This document shows, in pieces, positions 7,528 through 15,307 of a stretch of DNA of 49,319 nt (the stretch's first letter is position 1; each line of letters starts with the position of its first letter). This DNA is from Gemmatimonadaceae bacterium. GTDB taxonomy: Bacteria > Gemmatimonadota > Gemmatimonadetes > Gemmatimonadales > Gemmatimonadaceae. The stretch lies in NCBI GenBank assembly GCA_040902005.1, contig JBBDYA010000010.1, positions 1 through 49,319 on the forward strand. The letters are read 5' to 3'. The translations under genes and the position numbers were made by a program. Below the pieces are notes generated by a model. The model did not search any database. It saw only the letters and a program-made list of their open reading frames with translations, and had not been told where the DNA came from.

Positions 7528-9866
7528 CTGCCGCTCCTCGCGGGAAGTCGCTCCACGCTCACCGCGCAGGTGCCGGTATCGGGCTGCCCGGAAAGAGGGC
7601 AGGAGGCATCGAGCATCAACCGTCTGACGGGTAGCGTCTCGTCGAACGACGGCACGAAGAGTTGTCCCCGCTGGGGCTGCGACCGGTAGTCGATGCGCGC
7701 TTGGATTTCGAGTGAGCCGCGCCGGCTCGCGACGCGCACCGTCTCACCGTTCTGAACGCCGAGCCGCTGCGCGTCGTCCCGGTGCATCTCGAGATATGCG
7801 CGCGGCACCGCGCGGTGGAGTGTCGGGACGCGTTGCGTCATGGAGCCCGCACCCCAGTGTTCGAGCACCGGTCCGATATTGAGCCAGAACAGGTAATCGG
7901 CGTTGGGCGACTCGGCCGGTGGCTCGTGCGGCCGCAGCCAGATCCACGCGCGTCCATCCGGATGACCGTAGAAGTCGAACGCGCCGCGGTCGCCGTTGGC
8001 CGCCGGGTCGTGCGCGGTGTTGTAGCGCCACCTGGTCTCGCGTCCGTTGACGAATGGCCACATCACGCCGGACTTGCCGCGCAACTCGGAGAGCGGCGCG
8101 AGTGCGCTCCGCGGCTCGTCGTGGAATCGGCGGTACTCCTCCCAAATCTGCGCGACGTGGCCGCGGCGCTCCCACGGAAAGAGCTTGGACAACCCGAGAC
8201 GGCGCGCGACCTCGATCATCTGCCAGGCGTCGCTCATCGCGTCACCGGGCGGCGCGACCATCTGATCGAAGTGCTGCGTACGTCGCTCCACATTCGCGAA
8301 GACGCCTTCGCGCTCGATCCACATCGCCGCGGGCAGGACGACGTCGGCCACGTCCGTCGTCGGCGTGGGGTACGCCTCGGACACGACCAGAAAGCGATCG
8401 CTCTTCGCCGCCGCGCGGCGATACTTGCTCAGGTTCGGCAGGCTGACCATCGGGTTGGTCGCTTGAATCCACAGAAAGCGGATGTCGCCTCGATCGAGCG
8501 CGCGAAACATCTCCAGCGCGGTTCGGGTGGGCCGAGGGTCGATCTTCTCCACCGGAATGCCCCAGATCGCGGCGGCGCGGCCGCGGTCCTGATCGTTGTG
8601 CACCACACCTCGGGGGAGTGTGTGGGTCAGCGTGCCCGCGTCGTGTACCGCGCTTCCGCCGCTCGGCTGCCCCGTGATGCAGAACGGGCTGTTCCCGGGC
8701 GACGCGACTTTCCCCACGAGCAGATGGATGTTGTAGAGCACGTTGTTCAGCCACGTGCCGCGCGCGTGCTGATTTGCATTGGCGCCCCAGACCGACATCA
8801 CCTTGCGCGAACGATCGCCATAGACCGAGGCGAGCCAGCGGATACGCTCCGACGGAACCCCCGACAGCTCCTGGCCGCGTTGGGGCGCGTAATCGGCGAG
8901 AAACGCCACGTAGTCGTCCCACGTGACCGATGTGGCGTCGTTGGCCACGGGCGCGTCGTCGGAGAGGCCGTACCCGATGGCGGTCTTGCCACGCCTGAAT
9001 GCCACGTGCCGATCGACGAATTCGCGATTCACCAACTTGCGCGCGACGATCTCGTGGCAGATGGCGTTCGCGATCGCTATCGCCGAGTGCGGCGCGTGGA
9101 GCAGGGACTGGTCGGCGGCGTAGCTGGTGCGCGTGGTGCGCGTCGTCAGATCGATGATGAGAACGCCGCTGTCCTGCCGCCGGCGGTCCAGGATGCGCGA
9201 GAAAAGAACAGGGTCCGTCTCGGCGATGTTCGCGTCCCAGAGGACGAACGCGTCGGCACGATCGATGTCCTCGTAGCAGCCGATCGCGCCGTCCAGGCCG
9301 AAGCTGCTCTCGAGGCCGGCCATCGCGCTGGCCGCGTAGAGCCGGGCACTGGTTTCGACGTTATTCGTCCCCAGCCCGCCTTTGAAGAGCTTCGACGCGA
9401 CGTAGGCGTCCGCGATGGTCCACTGCGCGGATCCGTATACGGCGACGCTGTCCTTGCCGTGCTGTTGGGTGGTCTCGCGGAGCCGCTGCGCGACCAAGTC
9501 GAGCGCTTCGCCGATCGGCACCTCGACCAGGGCGTTATCGCGACGGATCATGGCGCGCGTGATCCGATCCCGTCCGTAGAGCGCCTGCACCGAGTAATAG
9601 CCTTTCGCGCACGCCAGTCCCTTGCTCACCGGTGAGTCCGGGTCGCCTCTGACGGCAACCGCGCGCCCTTTCTCGATTCCGACTAAAAGCCCGCAACCAA
9701 CACCGCACAGCCGGCAGGGTGACTTCTTCCAAATCGGACCTGCCTCGTTTTCAGTCCGATCGGCGTTCGCGTGCAGAAGCGCGCCGGGCGCGAGGGCCGA
9801 CCCGGCGGTGGCCGCCGATACGGCAGCGATCCGTCTGAGGAACGTCCTTCGATCGACAGTTCGCAT
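7524..9866 (-). CDS. NapA-family molybdopterin oxidoreductase homolog with degenerate active site
   Basis: Tat signal DRRTFL; CRLCGVGC-x27-CAKG [4Fe-4S] motif; collinear NapA motifs (QWT, ADAFVLW, NQH, TGQPS, EHW) but Mo-ligand Cys replaced by Tyr. Confidence 0.88.
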   Translation of the reverse strand: MRTVDRRTFLRRIAAVSAATAGSALAPGALLHANADRTENEAGPIWKKSPCRLCGVGCGLLVGIEKGRAVAVRGDPDSPVSKGLACAKGYYSVQALYGRDRITRAMIRRDNALVEVPIGEALDLVAQRLRETTQQHGKDSVAVYGSAQWTIADAYVASKLFKGGLGTNNVETSARLYAASAMAGLESSFGLDGAIGCYEDIDRADAFVLWDANIAETDPVLFSRILDRRRQDSGVLIIDLTTRTTRTSYAADQSLLHAPHSAIAIANAICHEIVARKLVNREFVDRHVAFRRGKTAIGYGLSDDAPVANDATSVTWDDYVAFLADYAPQRGQELSGVPSERIRWLASVYGDRSRKVMSVWGANANQHARGTWLNNVLYNIHLLVGKVASPGNSPFCITGQPSGGSAVHDAGTLTHTLPRGVVHNDQDRGRAAAIWGIPVEKIDPRPTRTALEMFRALDRGDIRFLWIQATNPMVSLPNLSKYRRAAAKSDRFLVVSEAYPTPTTDVADVVLPAAMWIEREGVFANVERRTQHFDQMVAPPGDAMSDAWQMIEVARRLGLSKLFPWERRGHVAQIWEEYRRFHDEPRSALAPLSELRGKSGVMWPFVNGRETRWRYNTAHDPAANGDRGAFDFYGHPDGRAWIWLRPHEPPAESPNADYLFWLNIGPVLEHWGAGSMTQRVPTLHRAVPRAYLEMHRDDAQRLGVQNGETVRVASRRGSLEIQARIDYRSQPQRGQLFVPSFDETLPVRRLMLDASCPLSGQPDTGTCAVSVERLPARSGR

Positions 9867-9982
9867 CGCGAGGGCATAAAGGGAGCATCGTGGCCCGTGG
9901 CGTGACCCTGCCGCGGACCCGTTTGATGTCATGCATACGTGCTCACCCGCGGGCCGGGAATCGTGTAAAGTGGAATTCCCTG

Positions 9983-10150
9983 TGAGGTTCTCACCGCATC
10001 GCATCAGGGATTCCCGTACAGACGCTTCGCCGTTCGGCGTGAAGCGCTAAACGATGCGGGGATACCCTGGATGCCTGCGTAGGTAGTTTTACTGACAGGC
10101 CATGTGGGGCAACCCCCGACTGTCCGAAAGCTCACGAGGAGAGTTCCTTA
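9983..10150. promoter_or_regulatory. Divergent promoter region with several copies of the 15-bp palindromic box
   Basis: TCAGGGATTCCCGTA (10004), CGGGGATACCCTGGA (10057), TAGGTAGTTTTACTGA (10080), TGGGGCAACCCCCGA (10105), GAGGAGAGTTCCTTA (10136). Confidence 0.55.
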
Positions 10151-10207
10151 GGCTGGGCCTGATACTGCAGATGTACGGCTTCGCACTTCTCTCTCGAGAG
10201 TGACGCT

Positions 10208-11773
10208 ATGCGCCAAGCACGATCGATCGTCCGAGCGCTCAGCCAGTTGACGACAGCATTCATCACGACGGTCTTCATCGCGGGGTGTTCCAACGAGAGG
10301 GTCGTCTTCCGTGATCGCGCGCCGTTCAATATCCCGGTTGCCGCCGCGGCAGGCTTCCTCGGGTATTACGACGTGGCGTCAAAGCAGACCACGTGCGGCA
10401 ACTGCCACGCCGACATCCAGGGAAGCTGGAAGGGCACCAAGCACGCGAGTGCCTATACGACGGTGAACACAAGTCCCGCGAAAGCCGATGCGTGCTACGG
10501 CTGCCATACCGTAACGGGCAACGGGAACAAGGCGGTCGGCACGGTGGCTGGACATGACGCGGTCAAGGAGGCGACGTACTATGACGTCCAGTGCGAAAGT
10601 TGCCACGGCCCGGGCCTCGAGCACGTCGAGGGCGTCGGCCAAGCCACGCTGGTGAGGCCGCTCGCGAGACTCAGCATGGCCGGCACGGGCAACTGCGGCG
10701 ACTGCCATTCAGGAGCCCATCAGCCATTCGCGGAGGAGTGGGCAGCCTCGAGACACGCGAATGTCAGCGCGTCGCGTGCGTCGAATGCCACGTGCGCCGG
10801 CTGTCACGACGGCCGCAAGGCGCTGCTGCGGTGGGGCGTCGACGACAACTACGCCGAGCGCGATTCGGCAACGGCCTACCAGCCGACGACCTGCGCCGTG
10901 TGTCACAATCCGCACGGCTCGAGCAACCCGAGTCAGCTGCGATTCTCGGTGACGTCACCCGACCCTGAAGAGAATCTCTGTGTCCGATGCCATCTGCGGA
11001 TTGCCGAGCCGACCGTCACGACGAGCTCACCACACGGACCGCAGGGTGCGGTGCTGTTGGGCTTCGCCGGCTGGCGTCCGCCCGGATTTGTGTACGACAC
11101 CGCGACGATCTTCGGGTCGCACGCCACCGAGAGGAACCCCAAACTTTGCGCGGGCTGCCACATCGCCAAGTTCACGGTGACCGACCAGCTGACCGGCGCT
11201 TTCTCGTTCCAGGCGACGGGCCACCTGATGCGCCCGATCCCGTGCCTCGACGCCACCGGCAAGCCGACCGCCGACAAAACGTGCGCCTATACGGCGACGG
11301 CGAGGTCGTGGCAGACCTGCGCGAGCTCGGGCTGTCATGGCAGCGCCACGGCCGCTGCAACCGTATTCAACGACTCCCGCGCCTTGATGAAGTCGTTCAC
11401 GGATCAGCTCTGGACCGACCTGAACGCCAGTGGCTCGATCCAGGCTTCGCCGACCGACGGCGGTCTGCTCGCCACCCTGAAAGGCTCCAGCTCGGCCGAA
11501 TGGAGCAACACCGACAACGTCATCACGCCGGCGGAAGGCGCCGAGTTCAACGCGCGTCTCTGCGGCGAGTTCAACCAGTCCACCGCCGATAACTCGAAAG
11601 GCGCGCATAACCCGTTCTTGTGCCGGGCGCTCCTGATCGCCACAATCAACTACGTGAAGAGCTACTACGGGCTGCCCAGCATCTCGGCAACCGTGCAGGC
11701 CAGCATGGACAGTGTGAGCCAGCCACGGTTATTGAGCGGGATGCACGTTTCCCGCGCACCACGCGGTAGGTGA
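10208..11773 (+). CDS. Multiheme cytochrome c lipoprotein (8 CxxCH + 1 Cx4CH)
   Basis: FIAGC lipobox; CGNCH, CYGCH, CESCH, CGDCH, CAGCH, CAVCH, CVRCH, CAGCH, CASSGCH. Confidence 0.9.
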   Translation: MRQARSIVRALSQLTTAFITTVFIAGCSNERVVFRDRAPFNIPVAAAAGFLGYYDVASKQTTCGNCHADIQGSWKGTKHASAYTTVNTSPAKADACYGCHTVTGNGNKAVGTVAGHDAVKEATYYDVQCESCHGPGLEHVEGVGQATLVRPLARLSMAGTGNCGDCHSGAHQPFAEEWAASRHANVSASRASNATCAGCHDGRKALLRWGVDDNYAERDSATAYQPTTCAVCHNPHGSSNPSQLRFSVTSPDPEENLCVRCHLRIAEPTVTTSSPHGPQGAVLLGFAGWRPPGFVYDTATIFGSHATERNPKLCAGCHIAKFTVTDQLTGAFSFQATGHLMRPIPCLDATGKPTADKTCAYTATARSWQTCASSGCHGSATAAATVFNDSRALMKSFTDQLWTDLNASGSIQASPTDGGLLATLKGSSSAEWSNTDNVITPAEGAEFNARLCGEFNQSTADNSKGAHNPFLCRALLIATINYVKSYYGLPSISATVQASMDSVSQPRLLSGMHVSRAPRGR

Positions 11774-11792
11774 ACCGAGCGCGCTCTCGGTC

Positions 11793-13829
11793 GTGATCGG
11801 CACTCGAGCGAGCGCCGTCGCCCAGGTTCTCCACTCGGCGGCGGCGCTTCAGCAAGCGCACGTCCCGCCCGCGGACTCGATCGTCGTCGAGTCGCCCCTT
11901 CCCGGTGGCGTTTCAGCGGTCGTCCGGTTTCTGCTGAACACCGTCCCGCCGTGGGTGCAAATGGGCGGGGTTGTCGTTGGGGCCGTCGTTGCCATATTCG
12001 TCCTCCGGCAACTGTTCCTGCGCCGCGCCGCGATCCGGGCGTGGCTGGCCTCCCGCACGCGCGGCGTCAGATTGGCGCTCGCGATGGCGGCGGTGGTGGT
12101 ATTCGCCGCCGCCGCGGGCGCGGGGACCGCGACCTGGAATTACACGCAGCACGCGAACGACTTCTGCATCGGGTGTCATGTCATGAACCCGGCGTTTCAG
12201 AAATTCGGCGCCGAGGCGAACAAGCACGCCGAGCTGTCGTGCCACGACTGTCACCAGCAGCCGCTGTCCGCCAGCGTGCGGCAGCTGTACCTGTGGGTCG
12301 CGGAGCGTCCGGAGAAGATTGGTGAACACGCGAAGGTGGCGAATCGGGTTTGCGAGACGTGCCACGTCACGGGGGACACCGCCACCTGGCAGCGCATCGC
12401 CGCCACGGCGGGACACCGCGTCCATCTGGAGTCCGACTCGAGCGCGCTCGACGACATGCAGTGCGTCTCGTGTCACGGCGTCGAGGTGCATCGATTCAAG
12501 CCGGTGAACGAGACGTGCGGTCAGAGCGATTGCCACAAGGCGAGCGAAACGGGGATCGTGCTCGGCAAGATGGCGACGCAGACGGTGCGGCATTGCACCA
12601 GCTGCCACGCGTTCACCGCTGACGTTCCCGCGCTCGCCACTCGGGACTCGGCGCGCGGCACGCTGGTCCCCGGCAAGGGGGAGTGTCTCGGGTGCCACGA
12701 GATGCAACAAGTCCTCAAGGACTTCAATGAGGGGAAAGACCCTCACGGCGGGAAGTGCGGCGCGTGTCACAACCCGCATACGCAGAAGACGCCGGCGGCG
12801 GCGGCGATGTCGTGCGCCACGGCGGGCTGTCATGCGAATTGGCGCGACGAAGCGTTCCACGTCGGCGCGAGCCACCGGCGGGTCGGCGCACAATGCCTCA
12901 CGTGTCATATGCCGCATGCCGCGAAGGTTGACGCGAGCAGTTGTGAAGGATGTCACGTGAGCGTGCGGGCCCGGGGAAAGCTGCGGCCACCCCTCCCGTT
13001 CGACACAACCAGGGCGCTGCGGCGCGTCGGCACGCCGGCCACACCGCCGCCGCCCGAGACCCACCCAGGATCCTGGCATTCCGTGTTGACCGGGTCGCTC
13101 CGCGAGGATGGTTCCGAGCCTGATTCCGGCGATGATGCGACGCTGTTCGAGCAGGACGAGACAATACCGGACGAACAATTCCTCGACGTTCGCCTGTCGC
13201 GGCCGCCGCCTGCCTCTGCCGACAGCTTTCCCCACGCGAGGCACGCGAAGCTGGCGTGCCTCACGTGTCATGAGACCGGGGCGGGACACGGCCGCCTCAC
13301 GTTCGAGCGGCCGCGAGGGTGTGCCATCTGCCACCACCAGGCGCCGGCGGCCGACAAGTGCGCGTCCTGCCACCGAACGGAGAGGTATGCGGGCCCGAAA
13401 CACGCGACGGTGACGGTGACGGTCCCCGGGCGTTCGCCCAATCCGCGGCCGGTAGACTTTCTTCACGCGCGGCACAGCGCGCGATCCTGCGTGGAGTGCC
13501 ATACTACGCCGGTCACGCTCTCGCCGGCACAGGCGCTGTGCCAGGATTGCCACAGCGAACATCATGCGGCTGACCGTACCTGCTCGTCGTGCCACGCGAT
13601 CGTCGAGCCCAAAGCCGAGCACAAGACGCTCGAGATGGCGCACCAGCGCTGCGATGCGTGCCACACCGCGACGACCGTCGAGCGCCTGACGCCGGCGCGA
13701 AGCTTCTGCAGTACCTGCCACGCGGCGAAGGCGAAGGACCACTACGACCGGAAGGAGTGCAGCGTCTGCCACTTTCTCGCTGACCCTGACGTCTATCGTT
13801 CGAAACTGATCACGCCTCCGCCAGGATGA
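11793..13829 (+). CDS. Membrane-anchored multiheme cytochrome (18 CxxCH + 2 Cx4CH) with NapC/NrfH-like N-terminal domain
   Basis: Two N-terminal hydrophobic helices followed by DFCIGCHVM (CxxCHxM); 20 heme motifs counted in the translation. Confidence 0.88.
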   Translation: MIGTRASAVAQVLHSAAALQQAHVPPADSIVVESPLPGGVSAVVRFLLNTVPPWVQMGGVVVGAVVAIFVLRQLFLRRAAIRAWLASRTRGVRLALAMAAVVVFAAAAGAGTATWNYTQHANDFCIGCHVMNPAFQKFGAEANKHAELSCHDCHQQPLSASVRQLYLWVAERPEKIGEHAKVANRVCETCHVTGDTATWQRIAATAGHRVHLESDSSALDDMQCVSCHGVEVHRFKPVNETCGQSDCHKASETGIVLGKMATQTVRHCTSCHAFTADVPALATRDSARGTLVPGKGECLGCHEMQQVLKDFNEGKDPHGGKCGACHNPHTQKTPAAAAMSCATAGCHANWRDEAFHVGASHRRVGAQCLTCHMPHAAKVDASSCEGCHVSVRARGKLRPPLPFDTTRALRRVGTPATPPPPETHPGSWHSVLTGSLREDGSEPDSGDDATLFEQDETIPDEQFLDVRLSRPPPASADSFPHARHAKLACLTCHETGAGHGRLTFERPRGCAICHHQAPAADKCASCHRTERYAGPKHATVTVTVPGRSPNPRPVDFLHARHSARSCVECHTTPVTLSPAQALCQDCHSEHHAADRTCSSCHAIVEPKAEHKTLEMAHQRCDACHTATTVERLTPARSFCSTCHAAKAKDHYDRKECSVCHFLADPDVYRSKLITPPPG

Positions 13830-15307
13830 CGCGGCGCTGCGCGCTGATCGCCGCGTCCATCCTCGTGATGGAGACCGCTCCGGCCGGGGCCCAGAATTAC
13901 CGTGTTCGCGTGGACGCGAGCTCGCAGGCCGTGTCGTTTCGCGGTCTCGTCTCCGACAGCATCGCGGTTGGGTTGGCGGTGCCATCCGCGAACGGAGGAT
14001 TCGAGACGCCGGATGGCCATGCGGTACGATGCGGCGCGGGCGAGTACTGCTTCTTCCTGCGGCCGGGCCCCGTGTTGCGCGGGATTCCTGTGACGACCTC
14101 CGCGAGCATGGTCCTGTGGGGCTTGGGCGTTCAGGGGCTGACAGTGCGCGCGACCGGTCGGGTCTTGGCGGATCTCGGCCGCGATCAGGTGTGGCCCGGG
14201 ACCGATCCGTCGGCGCAGCTCATCGAGGGGTATCTCGAATACGAGCGCTCGGCGGTCGTCGCGCGAGCGGGGCGTCAGCTCGTGATGTCGCGCCTCGAGC
14301 CGATCGGCTTCGACGGCGGCTGGCTCAAGGCTCGTTGGGACAACCCTTCGCTCACGTTCACGGGGTACAGCGGATGGGGCCTCGGACAAGCGGCCGCGCT
14401 TTCAGCGCTGAGTCCCGCGCTCAATCCGCTCGATGAGTGGCGGCCGCGCGACCGGCAGATCGTGGCGGGCGCCGAAGCGTCGTGGCTCCACCGCGACCTT
14501 GACGTCCGCGCGGAGTATCGGCGAGAGATCGACCCGCAAGACGACTACTTCGTCTCTGAGCGCACGGCGCTCTCGTTCGGTGCGCGCGCCGCTGCGTTTC
14601 GCGCGGCCGGCGGAATGGATTACAACATTGCCGAGGGACACTTTGGAAGCGTTGATGCCACGCTGACATATTTGCACCCGCGGTTTTCGGTGTCGGGGGG
14701 CGCGCGGCGGTACCGTCCGTACTTCAGTCTCTGGACGCTGTGGGGCGCCTTCAGCCCCGTGCCGTACCATGCGCTGAATATTTCCGCGCAGGTTCAGCAG
14801 ACTGGCTGGCTGTCGCTACGCGGACGCGGCGAACGCTATCGCTACGAGAGCGCGGACGTCTCCACCGCGCTCGTTCCCGATTTGCAGGATCGCGGATGGC
14901 GCGCGAGCGCCGGGGCCACCGCGACATGGGGCTCGGCCTGGACGCTGGAAGCCAACTACGGCCTCGAGCGGGGTCCGGGCGCTGCGGGAAGGTTCGCCGA
15001 TGGCACGGTGACCTACGCGCCCAACGAGAGGTACTCGTTTGATTTCTATGGCGGCACGATGGCGCGACCACTCGAGCTGCGCTACTACGACGCGACGAGT
15101 CGCTGGATCGGCGGCCGCACGGAGTGGCAACTCACCGCGCAGCGCCGGGTCTGGTGCGACATCGCGTTCGTCAACGACGATCGCGACAGACCCGATGCGA
15201 GCGCGTCGTCGCTCACGCAGTTCCGTCTCCGAGCGGGATTGAGTTTGGCGTTCGGCTCTGGCGCCGATCGTACGCCGCTTCCGCCGGCTCGACGGACGGG
15301 AAGATGA
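13826..15307 (+). CDS. Probable outer-membrane beta-barrel (porin) protein
   Basis: Signal peptide; many alternating aromatic/Gly/Arg amphipathic strands; terminal strand RAGLSLAF; ATGA-coupled between two multiheme genes. Confidence 0.7.
   Translation: MTRRCALIAASILVMETAPAGAQNYRVRVDASSQAVSFRGLVSDSIAVGLAVPSANGGFETPDGHAVRCGAGEYCFFLRPGPVLRGIPVTTSASMVLWGLGVQGLTVRATGRVLADLGRDQVWPGTDPSAQLIEGYLEYERSAVVARAGRQLVMSRLEPIGFDGGWLKARWDNPSLTFTGYSGWGLGQAAALSALSPALNPLDEWRPRDRQIVAGAEASWLHRDLDVRAEYRREIDPQDDYFVSERTALSFGARAAAFRAAGGMDYNIAEGHFGSVDATLTYLHPRFSVSGGARRYRPYFSLWTLWGAFSPVPYHALNISAQVQQTGWLSLRGRGERYRYESADVSTALVPDLQDRGWRASAGATATWGSAWTLEANYGLERGPGAAGRFADGTVTYAPNERYSFDFYGGTMARPLELRYYDATSRWIGGRTEWQLTAQRRVWCDIAFVNDDRDRPDASASSLTQFRLRAGLSLAFGSGADRTPLPPARRTGR

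Noticed and set aside
7782..9635. 617-aa plus-strand ORF
   Set aside because: Antisense shadow of the NapA-like gene, typical of high-GC DNA; no motifs.
9921..9940. FNR half-site TTGAT at 9923
   Set aside because: The second half (ATCAA) is absent, so it is not supportable as an FNR box.
7524..10004. Calling this gene napA (functional periplasmic nitrate reductase) with the start at 10004
   Set aside because: The Mo-ligand Cys and several cofactor motifs are missing; the Tat signal places the start at 9866, and the extension overlaps the operator region.
11774..11791. Hairpin ACCGAG-CGCGCT-CTCGGT between the first two cytochrome genes
   Set aside because: A 6-bp stem is expected by chance in GC-rich DNA; any effect on translation is unsupported.
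11913..13985. 690-aa minus-strand ORF
   Set aside because: Arg-rich shadow opposite the 20-heme cytochrome gene.
13826..15307. Naming the barrel mtrB/pioB
   Set aside because: It is shorter than typical MtrB and is not next to an MtrA-type decaheme; homology cannot be shown from the sequence alone.
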